Positions 48,422-58,659 of a stretch of DNA of 64,000 nucleotides are shown piece after piece. The position numbers were made by a program, and so were the translations under genes. This DNA comes from Chlamydiota bacterium (GTDB taxonomy: Bacteria; Auribacterota; JACPWU01): contig JACOUC010000034.1 of the NCBI GenBank assembly GCA_016178055.1, positions 20,621 through 84,620 of the forward strand. The letters are read 5' to 3'. The notes beneath the pieces were generated by a model. That model was not told the origin of the DNA. It searched no databases and saw only the letters and a list, made by a program, of their open reading frames with translations. Within the stretch, counting starts at the first letter, position 1, and every line of letters starts with the position of its first letter.

Positions 48422-49288
48422 ATGAGTTATCTTGCGGCTCTTGGCCTAAAGAAAGAACCCTTTTCAACAAGTCCTGACCCAACGTTTTTTTACCGTTCTC
48501 CGATTCATCGTACGGCACTGGCCCGTCTGGAAATTTCCATTCGATTAAAGAGAGGGCTCAACATCGTTTTAGGCGACATTGGCACTGGAAAGACCACTCT
48601 GGCTCGAACACTCTTAAGAAATTTTCATGAGGATTCTGACTTTGAGTTTTATCTGATTTTTGATCCAAGTTTTCAGACAGAATTTCAGTTTTTGAGCATG
48701 CTGGTCGATCTTTTTAAAATTCGTCCTTTAAGACAAAATACACTTCATTTTAAGAGGGCAGTAGAAAATTTTCTTTATGAAAAAAATATGATCGAAGGAA
48801 AAACGATTGTCCTCGTCATTGACGAAGGGCAAAAATTGTCGACACAACTTCTTGAAGTATTAAGAGTTTTTCTCAATTATGAAACCAACGATCGGAAGCT
48901 TCTTCAAGTGATCCTGTTTTCTCAACTTGAGATTGTCCCCAAATTAATCAGTCTTCCCAATTTTTATGATCGCATTACTTCTAAACATGTTTTAAGACCT
49001 CTGGAACTTGAAGAGGCAAAAGAAATTATTCAGTATCGTTTGATTCAAGCAGGATGGCCTGAAGGGAAGATGCTTTTTACTCCCGAGGCCATTGAAAAAA
49101 TTTGGAAATTTTCGAATGGATTTTTAAGAAAAATGACTCAACTCTGCCATCAATGCCTGTTAAAAACAGCCATGAATGAACGTTTTCAAGTGGACGAGAC
49201 TTTGGTCGAAGAGGTTGTGAACGAGGAAGGTACATTCTTAAATGTCGAGCGACATTACTCCGGAAGAGAAGTTACTCAAGCTTATTAA
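48422..49288 (+). CDS. ExeA/GspA/MshM-like AAA ATPase (secretin assembly associated)
   Basis: LARLEISIRLKRGLNIVLGDIGTGKTTLARTL Walker A, VIDEGQ Walker B; start at MSYLAALGL. Confidence 0.7.
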   Translation: MSYLAALGLKKEPFSTSPDPTFFYRSPIHRTALARLEISIRLKRGLNIVLGDIGTGKTTLARTLLRNFHEDSDFEFYLIFDPSFQTEFQFLSMLVDLFKIRPLRQNTLHFKRAVENFLYEKNMIEGKTIVLVIDEGQKLSTQLLEVLRVFLNYETNDRKLLQVILFSQLEIVPKLISLPNFYDRITSKHVLRPLELEEAKEIIQYRLIQAGWPEGKMLFTPEAIEKIWKFSNGFLRKMTQLCHQCLLKTAMNERFQVDETLVEEVVNEEGTFLNVERHYSGREVTQAY

Positions 49289-49874
49289 AGAAGGGCGAGG
49301 AGAAGCAAAACCTGAGAACCTATCAGGAAAAGAGTCTGCAGAGACTCTTCCAATCCCTCTTCCCAAAAGGGATCTGTCTCGAAAATCTTCTTCGATCAAT
49401 TCAGTCAAACCCATTAAAATCCTATCCTTTTCATGCAGTGGGCTCGTGATCTTTTTAATATCTATTTTAGGATATCAATATCTCATCGGAGAGCCCATTT
49501 TCCCACTGCCCATAAGGAAGATCCCTTCATCTGAATCATTGGAACTCCCCTCAAATTTGAATCAACAAGCAGAAAGTTTTGACACCTATTCAAAAATTTT
49601 AGAAAAAAGAGATATTTTCAAAACCATCGGCCCTCCCCCCCCCGTCATGACTCCGACAGAAAGGTCCGTAGGACTTTCAGAGCTTGTAAAAAATTTGAGC
49701 TTGTCAGGAATCATTCCAGGGGATCAACCTGAAGGGATTGTAGAAGATAAATCCAATGGACAAGTTTATTATGTGAAATCGGGAGATCGTATTGGCCAGC
49801 TCGAAGTGGTAGAGGTCACAGAAGGATCTCTCCTCTTACGATATCGAGATGAAGAAGGACAACTAACTTTATAA
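49242..49874 (+). CDS. hypothetical single-pass membrane protein, putative GspB/pilus-assembly accessory
   Basis: 210 aa, one TM (LSFSCSGLVIFLISILGYQYL), overlaps ExeA-like gene 3' end, precedes secretin. Confidence 0.35.
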   Translation: MSSDITPEEKLLKLIKEGRGEAKPENLSGKESAETLPIPLPKRDLSRKSSSINSVKPIKILSFSCSGLVIFLISILGYQYLIGEPIFPLPIRKIPSSESLELPSNLNQQAESFDTYSKILEKRDIFKTIGPPPPVMTPTERSVGLSELVKNLSLSGIIPGDQPEGIVEDKSNGQVYYVKSGDRIGQLEVVEVTEGSLLLRYRDEEGQLTL

Positions 49875-50059
49875 TAAGGAGACCTCTGAAAAAGGCCCAT
49901 CTGTTGCGTTGCCTGCTTCGTTCAGTCGTGCGGCGTACGAGAAAATGTACGCCTCCTTCTTCACTCGCAGGCGCCTTGCATCTGGGACCTTTTTGAGAGG
50001 TCTCCAAAAGTAGAAGTTTTTTTAGAAGTTCTAACAAAATAACTCATAGGAGAGTTTTT

Positions 50060-51949
50060 ATGATTTGTCGCCGCATCCTTTTCATCATTTTTCTTTTTCT
50101 TCTGGGTTCCAATCTTCAGGGGCAACAAGTAAGCCAAGAAGAAAATAAACAAGAAACTCAAGCGGAAGAGGCTCCACTCAAAGCCCCCTCTGAACCGGGA
50201 AAGATTTCATTGAAATTAAAAAACATGGACATTATTGAAGTTTTTAATGTCCTGAATCAAAAAGGAAAACTCAATATCATTGCAGGTAACGATGTGCGAG
50301 GGCGCGTCACTCTTTTTGTTGAAAATGTCGATATTTGGGCCGCTTTCAAAATGATTATTGAAACAAATAATTTAGCCTACGTCAGAGATGGCAATATTAT
50401 TCGCGTCTTCACCACACGAGAATATGAACTCCTTTTTGGACGAACCTTCAGCAATCAAACAAAAGTAAGGGTTTTTTCTCTTCTTCAAACCAAGGCGGAA
50501 CTTTTGAAACCTGTTGTTGAAGGCATGAAATCTCGTATTGGTAAAGTCTTTACAGATGAAAATGCAAACTCCATCATTGTGGTAGATACAGAAGAGAGCC
50601 TAAATCTGATTTCCCAAACCATCAAAGCCCTGGATGTCCCCCTCAAAACAGAAGTCTATACTTTGGCTCACGCAGAGCCCAAAGTCATTGAAGAAAAACT
50701 AAAACCTTTCTTAAGCAAACGAGGAAGCATTCAAATTGATCCAGCAACAAGCAAGGTCGTTGTGACGGATGTTGTGGGAGTATCTGAAATTATAGCCCGC
50801 ATCATCAAAGAATACGATACTGCTCCCTATGTTAAAACAGAAGTTTTTAACCTTAAGTACGGGAAATTTGATGAGGTTAAAGAAAAAATTGAAAAGGAAA
50901 TCACTGAAGGAATTGGGTATATCCGAGCCGATGAAAGAACCAATAAAATTGCCATTACAGACTTGCCCGAAAAAATGGAGCGCATGAGAAAAATTATCGA
51001 TGCCTTTGATGAAAAACATCGAGAAGTCCTCATTGAAGCCCAAGTGGTACAAGTGAGACTCAACAAAAACTTTAAATTTGGAATTAACTGGGAGTTTATT
51101 GCAACCACGCTTGCCGATCATGCATTTAATCTCAATCTTTCTTCTGGATTTGAAGTCCTTTCTGAAATTCCACAATTAGACACGGGTCAGGTAGAAGCCT
51201 TTGAACAAAGAGTTCCCACACGTATTCCGCCCTTTGACCAAAGAATAGCAAACCACCCAGGCGCACGGCTTTTACTTCAAGGATTGGGTAAGGGAGGGAA
51301 TGATGGTTTAGGAAATCCCTATCAAGCTGTTTTGGATCTTCTCAAAAGGACTGGGGATGTCAACATCCTATCAACCCCCAGAATTACCGTTTTAAACAAT
51401 GAAGAAGCAAAAATTCAAGTGGGAACAAACGAGGCCTATGTCACCAACACCGTGGTTCAAAACACCACCAACGCGACAACCGCAGAAAATGTAAATTTCA
51501 TTCAAGTGGGTGTTATCTTGAAAGTAAAACCTCGCATTAACGAAGATGGTTTCGTGACCATGGAGATTGAACCTGAGGTCAGTTCAGTTGCCAGTTTTCT
51601 TGTAACCTCTTCAGGGAACCGAATTCCCATTGTTAGAACTTCGAACGCCAAAACCCGTGTGATGGTCAAGGATGGTGTGACCATTGTGATTGGAGGATTG
51701 ATCGATCGTTCTGTTCATAAAGAAGTCAGTAAGATCCCTATTTTAGGGAGTATTCCTATTCTTGGTATTCCTTTTAAGAAAATTGAAAATACAGTCGACA
51801 GCTCAGAATTAGTTATTTTTCTTACACCCAAGATTATCACAGGCGATGTTCAAACGGACGAGCAAGATCGGTTTAAGAAAACATTTAAAGAGGACCCACA
51901 TGAACCTGGGTTTATTGATGATATTAAGGATTTTGTGACTGCAAAATAG
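50060..51949 (+). CDS. type II/IV secretion system secretin (GspD/PilQ/MshL family)
   Basis: 629 aa; signal peptide, N-domains, C-terminal secretin domain VGGLIDRSVHKEVSKIPILGSIPILGIPFK. Confidence 0.85.
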   Translation: MICRRILFIIFLFLLGSNLQGQQVSQEENKQETQAEEAPLKAPSEPGKISLKLKNMDIIEVFNVLNQKGKLNIIAGNDVRGRVTLFVENVDIWAAFKMIIETNNLAYVRDGNIIRVFTTREYELLFGRTFSNQTKVRVFSLLQTKAELLKPVVEGMKSRIGKVFTDENANSIIVVDTEESLNLISQTIKALDVPLKTEVYTLAHAEPKVIEEKLKPFLSKRGSIQIDPATSKVVVTDVVGVSEIIARIIKEYDTAPYVKTEVFNLKYGKFDEVKEKIEKEITEGIGYIRADERTNKIAITDLPEKMERMRKIIDAFDEKHREVLIEAQVVQVRLNKNFKFGINWEFIATTLADHAFNLNLSSGFEVLSEIPQLDTGQVEAFEQRVPTRIPPFDQRIANHPGARLLLQGLGKGGNDGLGNPYQAVLDLLKRTGDVNILSTPRITVLNNEEAKIQVGTNEAYVTNTVVQNTTNATTAENVNFIQVGVILKVKPRINEDGFVTMEIEPEVSSVASFLVTSSGNRIPIVRTSNAKTRVMVKDGVTIVIGGLIDRSVHKEVSKIPILGSIPILGIPFKKIENTVDSSELVIFLTPKIITGDVQTDEQDRFKKTFKEDPHEPGFIDDIKDFVTAK

Positions 51950-51976
51950 AGTCTCGTTCGCTTATAGAGTGGGGAT

Positions 51977-52537
51977 TTACTCAAACTTGTAAATCCCATC
52001 CAAAAATTTCAGAATCCAAAAAACCCGATGAATTTTTGTGACGTATTTGCGTGTCTCAGGATAGGCCTTTGAAAGCATATCCTCGCCCTCTTGCCATCGT
52101 AACACATTGATTCTGCCAGCGTTATAAGCCACTAAAACTTTTTCTAAATCTTTAAATTCACCCTTTAATTTTTCTAAATAAAGACATCCTAATTGAACAT
52201 TGGTCTTAGAATCCATTAAATTTTCAACTTTAAATTCTTTTAGTTTTTTTTCGTGGGCAAGATCTCGAGCGGTTTCAGGCATCAATTGCATTAAACCCAT
52301 CGCACCCGATTTTGAAACAGCATTCGCTCTAAAACCGGACTCCGCATAAATAAGAGCTGCCACCCATAAAGGATCAAGATGATATTCCCGTGCAACCTGG
52401 CAAATAAGCGATCGGTAGGAAACAGGAAAAAGGTGTTTTCTTGCTTTAATAAGCCCAAAAACTAAAGGAAAGCCCAACACATAAATAACCATCAAAATAA
52501 TCAAAAGGCGAATGTATGTTTTCATGATTGAACACAA
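51977..52537 (-). CDS. lytic transglycosylase (SLT domain)
   Basis: 186 aa; AESGFRANAVSKSGAMGLMQLMPETA catalytic Glu-Ser motif. Confidence 0.8.
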   Translation of the reverse strand: MCSIMKTYIRLLIILMVIYVLGFPLVFGLIKARKHLFPVSYRSLICQVAREYHLDPLWVAALIYAESGFRANAVSKSGAMGLMQLMPETARDLAHEKKLKEFKVENLMDSKTNVQLGCLYLEKLKGEFKDLEKVLVAYNAGRINVLRWQEGEDMLSKAYPETRKYVTKIHRVFWILKFLDGIYKFE

Positions 52538-52638
52538 AGATAGTCAACGCTCGACGGTCAATAGTCCACAGTCGATAGGAAAAAGAATCCTTTATAAGCT
52601 ATGTAACTGTTTAATAGATTACTCCAAGTTGGTAGCAT

Positions 52639-53190
52639 TCACTTAATTTTCTCTCTTGCATCACTAACGAACTTTCCTTGAGGGTATCGCAAGATATATT
52701 TTTGATATTCGCTTTCAGCTTTGCGTGCTTCCTTCAAAAACTTATCATAGATTTTGGCAATCTGGAATTGAGCCTGTTCAGCCTCTGGACTCAAAGGATA
52801 AGATACAACGATTTTCCTGTATTTCTCAATTGCCTCCTCTAACATTTCTTCTTTTTCCTTACCAAATTTCTTAAAAATAGCCGTGTGTTGCTCATCTAAC
52901 GCCTCTCTCCAGGCTCGATGAGCAGCTTCACTCTCTTCATAGGGAGTGGACGAAGATTGAACGGCTCATTGTAAACTCTTCACTTTTTCTCGATAAAAAT
53001 GGATGAGGCTTTTAAGCTTTTCAATTCTTTCATCTTTTTTATCGACCGATTTAAGAAGAACTTCATACGCTTTTTTATACTCGCCTTTTCCAGCAAACCT
53101 CTCAGCCCTTTCGACAGCCCCTCCATAAGAGCCAGTTTCAAGGCGCATGCAAGCGACCGCGGAGACGTACGTTTTATGGTACGTCGACAA
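52639..53190 (-). other. two short TPR-like ORF fragments (68 aa and 74 aa) separated by in-frame TGA; possible disrupted TPR/YbgF-like gene
   Basis: Reading frame of MLEEAIEKYRK.. continues upstream (..PYEESEAAHRAWREALDEQHTAIFKKFGKEKEE) without a start until a TGA; upstream ORF MSTYHKTY.. contains palindrome gacgtacgttttatggtacgtcgac. Confidence 0.25.
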
Positions 53191-53225
53191 GGAAGCGCAG
53201 CATGTAACGCAGAAAATGGCCTTTT

Positions 53226-53699
53226 TCAGCAGTCTATCAACATATCATAAGTATCACTTAGAGACTGAGGTAATACCTTTGTATCCGTCAACACCGGCAT
53301 AAAATTCGTGTCTCCACTCCAACGGGGAACAACATGTATGTGGACGTGATTAACAATTCCAGCGCCTCCCACTCGTCCTAAATTCATTCCAATGTTAAAT
53401 CCGTGAGGCTTCATTTTTTTGATCAGAATTTTTTTAAACTGATTAATGTATTGAAACATTTCCTGAATTTCTTCCGGAGCGAGCAAGGACACATCGCCCA
53501 AGTGCCGATAGGGCGTAACCATAAAATGCCCACTGCTATAAGGGAAAAGATTTAAGACCGCAAAACTAAATTTTCCTCTCGCAAGAATAAGATTTTTTTT
53601 ATCTTTTCTTTCTTTGGGCTTTTTACAAAAAATACACCCCTTTTCAGGAATATGCTTAATATACCTGAGACGCCAGGGTGCCCATAAATGCTTCATCAT
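53226..53699 (-). CDS. HIT-family (histidine triad) nucleotide hydrolase/transferase
   Basis: HVHIHVVPR histidine triad; start at MMKHLW (upstream codons derive from Family F repeat cactcacaactcaccacttaccactcacaac). Confidence 0.8.
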   Translation of the reverse strand: MMKHLWAPWRLRYIKHIPEKGCIFCKKPKERKDKKNLILARGKFSFAVLNLFPYSSGHFMVTPYRHLGDVSLLAPEEIQEMFQYINQFKKILIKKMKPHGFNIGMNLGRVGGAGIVNHVHIHVVPRWSGDTNFMPVLTDTKVLPQSLSDTYDMLIDC

Positions 53700-53777
53700 T
53701 AGTTGTGAGTGGTAAGTGGTGAGTTGTGAGTGAAACAGTATCCACATTTCATAATGTTCACTACGATAGCATATCCA

Positions 53778-54518
53778 TCAATCGGTTGTCACAAGTTTCA
53801 TAATCTCCTTTTCCATAAAATCTTGCACTTGGGGAATGGCCTCTGGAAGAGGAATATCTTTTGCAATCAGTGCGGTCAATGCTGCTGAAAATCGACAACC
53901 CAAACCATGAAAACCTTTCCCCAAAATTCTTTGATGAGGAAATTCAAAGCAATCTTTTCCATCGTAAAGAATATCAACCGGTTCCCCTTCTAAATGACCT
54001 CCTTTGACTAAAACATATTTTGATCCAAAACGGAATATTGCTTGAGCTGCTTTTTTCATGTGAGCAATCTGGGTGACCGCAAACCCAGCCAAAACAGAGG
54101 CTTCATGAAGGTTAGGAGTGACCAGAAAAGCTTGGGCCATCATTTTTTTGAGAGGGGAATGGGCCTTAGGTTCAAGTAAAAGTCTTCCGGTAGAAGAAAC
54201 CATCATGGGATCAATCACTAATTTTACATCAGAATATTCTGCCATTTTCTTTGAAACAAGGTCCACAACCATTTTTTTATAAAGAAGACCTGTCTTGACA
54301 ACCCTCATCGGATAAGTCTCTAAAAGAAGGGAAAGCTGATTTGAAATAATTTTTTTAGGAAGAATATAAAGATGGTTAAATTTTGAAGGAACCTGCGAAG
54401 TCACAACGGTAATGACTGAAACTCCCTCGACTCCATGGGCCCTAAAAGTCTCAAGATCTCTCTGAATCCCTGCTCCACCACTAGGATCAAACCCTGCAAT
54501 GGTCAGCACCTGCTTCAT
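53778..54518 (-). CDS. thiD: hydroxymethylpyrimidine/phosphomethylpyrimidine kinase
   Basis: 246 aa; VLTIAGFDPSGGAGIQRDLETF ribokinase-like/ThiD N-terminus. Confidence 0.7.
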   Translation of the reverse strand: MKQVLTIAGFDPSGGAGIQRDLETFRAHGVEGVSVITVVTSQVPSKFNHLYILPKKIISNQLSLLLETYPMRVVKTGLLYKKMVVDLVSKKMAEYSDVKLVIDPMMVSSTGRLLLEPKAHSPLKKMMAQAFLVTPNLHEASVLAGFAVTQIAHMKKAAQAIFRFGSKYVLVKGGHLEGEPVDILYDGKDCFEFPHQRILGKGFHGLGCRFSAALTALIAKDIPLPEAIPQVQDFMEKEIMKLVTTD

Positions 54519-54519
54519 T

Positions 54520-55182
54520 TTACCTCAATCCTGTTACCCACTGAACTAGAGCATCCAGCACAGGAGCAATAACCTTATCAAAAAATCCTGTTCCCATTAA
54601 AAGAAGTAGAATAAAAAAACCTATTTTATCAAAGGTCATCCAATGAGGAAGAGTTCTACGAGGCAAAAGTCCTGCCAAAATTCGAGAACCATCTAAAGGG
54701 GGAACAGGCACCAGATTGACAAGACCCAGCCAAAGATTAATGACACAAAAAATAAGAAGACTATGAAAGAGAGCTCCTGGTAAAACAAGATGCTGATTAA
54801 CATGAAAATGAACGAGAGTTCCTGCAACCCCTCCTAAAATAAAATTCATCAAAGGCCCTGCCAATCCTACCCATAAAATATCTCGCCTGGGATTTTTCAT
54901 GGCAGAGGGATTGATGGGAACAGGCTTTGCATAGCCAAAAAATACTCTTCCCGTCAACAGCACCTGAAGCAATGGAAGAACGACCGTTCCAAAAGGATCA
55001 ATATGCGGAAGTGGGTTCAGCGTCAAACGTCCTTCGTTCTTGGCCGTTCGATCCCCTCTCAATAAAGCAACCCATCCATGGGCACATTCATGCAATACAA
55101 TCGACAAAAAAAGAAGAAAAAGCTGCAAGATAATTTCCACTAAATCCTCCCATAACTTTTTGACTTTACCCAACCTATCCAA
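54520..55182 (-). CDS. site-2 protease-family (M50) zinc metalloprotease
   Basis: 220 aa; HECAHGW HExxH in first TM, multi-TM. Confidence 0.7.
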   Translation of the reverse strand: MDRLGKVKKLWEDLVEIILQLFLLFLSIVLHECAHGWVALLRGDRTAKNEGRLTLNPLPHIDPFGTVVLPLLQVLLTGRVFFGYAKPVPINPSAMKNPRRDILWVGLAGPLMNFILGGVAGTLVHFHVNQHLVLPGALFHSLLIFCVINLWLGLVNLVPVPPLDGSRILAGLLPRRTLPHWMTFDKIGFFILLLLMGTGFFDKVIAPVLDALVQWVTGLR

Positions 55183-55910
55183 CCATTGGGAAGTTCAATC
55201 TTTGACCATTCACCTTGTTGAGCCTCGATCATCACTTTTAATCCTTCATGAATTTTAGAACTGACCGGGAACGACTTCCCAGGACCGCTTAAAACCTGCA
55301 CCTCTTTTATCAAAATAATTCCCTTGGGGTGCATCACTTCATCCCGACGAACAATATACCAAGAAGTAAGAAATATCACTTGAAATAACGCAAGCACTCC
55401 CGCTGTCATCCAAAGTTTAGATCGGACTTTAGGGATCAAAAAAATGAATGAAAGATTCATCAAAATAAACCACCCAAAAATAACATTGATGAGCACGAGT
55501 TCCCAAAGGCTTAAACGCTTGGCAATCCACTCAAAGGGCTGAAGAAGAAACATGTGGGGAGAAGGAGCCATTTTATCCTGGAGAAGATTATGTGCAAATT
55601 CAAGATTAAGCCTTATTTCCTGATCCCTTCGACTCGATCGAAGGGCACGCTCATAAAAAAGAATCGCTCTTCCTAATTTTCCTAATTTAAAATAACAATT
55701 GCCCATATTGTAATCCATTTCGCTAGATTTAAAACCGCCCTTTTCTATTTTTTTGAAATTGCTAAGGGCCTTTTTAAAATCCCCTTCTGTGTAAGCCTTT
55801 TGGCCTTCCTTAAAAAGTGTTTCAAAAAATGAACTCGCCTGAATTGAGAAAGGCACAAATTGAAAATAAATAACGACGAGAAAGAGGAATCTCTGTATAA
55901 AATTTTTCAT
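55140..55910 (-). CDS. batE: BatE-like TPR/SH3-domain protein
   Basis: 256 aa; signal peptide, TPR repeats, TM, C-terminal SH3-like GWIGWVKSKSYGRI; terminal gene of Bat operon. Confidence 0.55.
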   Translation of the reverse strand: MKNFIQRFLFLVVIYFQFVPFSIQASSFFETLFKEGQKAYTEGDFKKALSNFKKIEKGGFKSSEMDYNMGNCYFKLGKLGRAILFYERALRSSRRDQEIRLNLEFAHNLLQDKMAPSPHMFLLQPFEWIAKRLSLWELVLINVIFGWFILMNLSFIFLIPKVRSKLWMTAGVLALFQVIFLTSWYIVRRDEVMHPKGIILIKEVQVLSGPGKSFPVSSKIHEGLKVMIEAQQGEWSKIELPNGWIGWVKSKSYGRI

Positions 55911-57754
55911 ATTTTTTTCTCTAACTGAGCCAAAATATTTTTAAGTTCTTTAAGAATCTCTTCTTGAGCTAACCCTGACTTTTCCATCGGAGTGAAACGC
56001 CCTAAATTCGATTTTTCAAACATCTCTTCCATCAATTTCAAAAGGGATTCATCAGCCTTTCGCTTTTCTAATTGAATTTTTATTTCATCCCAACGATATC
56101 CTTGAAGAGCCAAACCCAACTTCTTTGAAAGATAATCGGTCAAAACCTGTTCAATCCCTGCGTAAAATTCATTCGCATTTTTATCTCCCCTATAGCGACG
56201 AAGGGCTTTCAACTTTCTAAGCGCCGATCGATAGGACCGCTGAACCATCACCCCTTCAAAATTTCGGGCTACGAAATTACGCCTTAACCAAACCAAAAAG
56301 GAAATCATTAGAAAAAAAAGTGGAAACCCTAAACTAGCAACCATCATTTTTGAGCGAGGCACCCTCTGTCGATGGGTGAAAGCATTAAAATCAGTTTTAA
56401 TAAATTGAATATCTTTTTGAAGCATCTTAAAATCATTTTTAGTTTCTTCCTTGAGAGAAAGTTGTGGTGAAAGATCCCCTTTTCCCTTCTCTACTTGTAT
56501 AGGAATCACAGAAGTACGAAGGGTCTGATAAGATTTTTTCTCAGGACTAAAAAAAGAGAACGAAACACCTGGAATTTCATGGTGTCCTTCTCGCGTTGGA
56601 ATTACAACTTTTTTTACAACCTTTTTACCATGAATTGGGTCCTGATCTTTTTTAATATCTTCCGAATGTCCCGAATCATATATTCGAAAAGCATCTCCAA
56701 AATCAAGATGGGGTTCAGTCAATGTTCCAATATTCCCCTCCCCTTCTAAAGTAATCGAAAGGGTGATGGGCTCTCCTGCTTTCACCTTAGGTGAGTCAAC
56801 ATCTGCCTTCATGTTAAATTCCCCTACAGCCCCTGAGAAATCGGGAGGTTGTCCCTCCTTTGGAAGCTCCTTTACCTTAACCACGATAGGATCTGTTTTC
56901 AAATTTAATCGTCTTCCCTCAAACATTTGAAAGGGATCCGAATCAAAGAATTTAAAGGGGTCATCATCAAAAAATGAAGAAGCACTCCTCCTACGTCCTG
57001 ATGGAATCTGACATTTAAGTTCACTTGGGCCAATGGTTAAATCACCCGATGTGGTTGGGAAAAGGGCCGTTCTTAATTCTGAAACAAGATATTTTTCCCC
57101 ATCAACCACCTCATAATAGGTCTTTTCAGAAGGAATCGTTTCTACCCAAAATCCGGAAAAATTGGGTGGGGCATAAGCCGGTTGACCCAAAAAATTAACC
57201 TTACGATATAATTTAAAAGAGAACATAATTTGTTGACCCACATAAACTTCATTCAAATTAACTTCAGCTCTCGTAAAAATTAAATTCTGAGCCTTTTCTT
57301 CCTCTCTAGAAGCAGGAACTTCCCCCATCGGAAGAGGTCTCCTGTGAGAAGGCCCCCCTCCTTTCTCCTCTACCGCCTGAACCACTTCAATCTCTATCTG
57401 TGAAGTCTGATAAACTTTCTGATCCTGTTTAACTTGAATGGGAGGAACGGTGAATTTTCCCAGCGACTGAGGCTCTAAAATATAGGTATAGGACGCAGAT
57501 GAAGCCATTTTGCCATTGATAATGGTAATATTTTGGGACTGACCCGCTGAATGGGCAACTAAACCCTGCAAATCTGGAATAATGGGTTTTTCAATATTTG
57601 AACCTGTAACAGTAATGGTTAAAACGGTGCTTTCATTCAGAGGAATTCGATGCCGATCAACCGTTGCATCAATCACGTCTTGATCAGATGACCCGGCATA
57701 TCCTGTCCAAAAAATAAAAAAAACAATCATCCATTTTCGCATAGGTTTTACCAA
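55907..57754 (-). CDS. batD: BatD-like oxygen-tolerance protein
   Basis: 615 aa; signal peptide, large periplasmic domain, TM, C-terminal cytoplasmic helix; position after batC. Confidence 0.55.
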   Translation of the reverse strand: MVKPMRKWMIVFFIFWTGYAGSSDQDVIDATVDRHRIPLNESTVLTITVTGSNIEKPIIPDLQGLVAHSAGQSQNITIINGKMASSASYTYILEPQSLGKFTVPPIQVKQDQKVYQTSQIEIEVVQAVEEKGGGPSHRRPLPMGEVPASREEEKAQNLIFTRAEVNLNEVYVGQQIMFSFKLYRKVNFLGQPAYAPPNFSGFWVETIPSEKTYYEVVDGEKYLVSELRTALFPTTSGDLTIGPSELKCQIPSGRRRSASSFFDDDPFKFFDSDPFQMFEGRRLNLKTDPIVVKVKELPKEGQPPDFSGAVGEFNMKADVDSPKVKAGEPITLSITLEGEGNIGTLTEPHLDFGDAFRIYDSGHSEDIKKDQDPIHGKKVVKKVVIPTREGHHEIPGVSFSFFSPEKKSYQTLRTSVIPIQVEKGKGDLSPQLSLKEETKNDFKMLQKDIQFIKTDFNAFTHRQRVPRSKMMVASLGFPLFFLMISFLVWLRRNFVARNFEGVMVQRSYRSALRKLKALRRYRGDKNANEFYAGIEQVLTDYLSKKLGLALQGYRWDEIKIQLEKRKADESLLKLMEEMFEKSNLGRFTPMEKSGLAQEEILKELKNILAQLEKKI

Positions 57755-58659
57755 TCATTCCCATTGTCTGACTCGTCTGAAGATTCTGTCTTTGTTAAAT
57801 TCCAGATTAAATCCTTCTTCTCCTGATTCATCACATCCAAAATCTGAATCGCCTCTTCTTTTTTCATTCCATCTTTCTTCCCTTCCTGACTTTTTTCGGA
57901 AGAAACCGCGGAGGTATCATTTTGGCTTCCCTCTTTTTCATTAGAGAAAGACTGCTCCTTCTTTTCGTCTGACTTTTGTTCATCTTGCTTCTTTGCTTGA
58001 ACCTCTCCTTTTTTCTCCTGGGAAGATTCTTCATCCTCTTTATTTTCTACTGCATCCTTCTCCTCATTTTTTTCTCCTCCTTCCTTCCCAGCTTGAGTTT
58101 CTTTCTCTTCCCCTTTTTTTTCCTGATCTTGCTCCCCCTCTTTTTTATCACCTGATTTCTGTTGTTCTTCTTGCTCTTCTTCTTTTTGTTTCTTTTCGTC
58201 TTTCTTTTGTTTTTGCTTCTCCTCGACTTTTTTCAATGTCACTTCATAATTATATTTAGAATCTAAATCCTTTGGATCTTCTTTGATGGCTTTTTTATAC
58301 CACTCTAAAGCCTGAGCATAATCCCCCTTTTTAAAAGCACAATTTCCAAGACTATAATTGGAAATGGATTTTGTCGAAAGATATTTTGTTTGAGAAGAAA
58401 GAGACTTCTCATAATAATTTTGAGCCTCATCAAAAGCCTTCTTCGCGTAAAAGGCATTGCCCAAATTAAATAAAATACTCAGGTTATCTTCGCTCTTTTT
58501 AAGGGCATCCTGATACCTTTGAATAGCCTCATCATATTGTCCCTTTTGATAGGCCTCATTTCCTTCTCTCGCTAATTGATAACGAGAAAGACCCATTAAA
58601 AAAGGAAGCATGAAGATGAGCAACCCAATTTTTTTCACGCTACCCTCCTTTTCAACCAT
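57748..58659 (-). CDS. batC: BatC-like TPR protein with Lys/Glu-rich low-complexity tail
   Basis: 303 aa; three TPR repeats then (E/K/Q)-rich region. Confidence 0.55.
   Translation of the reverse strand: MVEKEGSVKKIGLLIFMLPFLMGLSRYQLAREGNEAYQKGQYDEAIQRYQDALKKSEDNLSILFNLGNAFYAKKAFDEAQNYYEKSLSSQTKYLSTKSISNYSLGNCAFKKGDYAQALEWYKKAIKEDPKDLDSKYNYEVTLKKVEEKQKQKKDEKKQKEEEQEEQQKSGDKKEGEQDQEKKGEEKETQAGKEGGEKNEEKDAVENKEDEESSQEKKGEVQAKKQDEQKSDEKKEQSFSNEKEGSQNDTSAVSSEKSQEGKKDGMKKEEAIQILDVMNQEKKDLIWNLTKTESSDESDNGNDW

Noticed and set aside
50711-51175. 154-aa and 93-aa minus-strand ORFs inside the secretin gene
   Set aside because: Antisense to a strongly supported secretin CDS; low-complexity Phe/Asn-rich translation.
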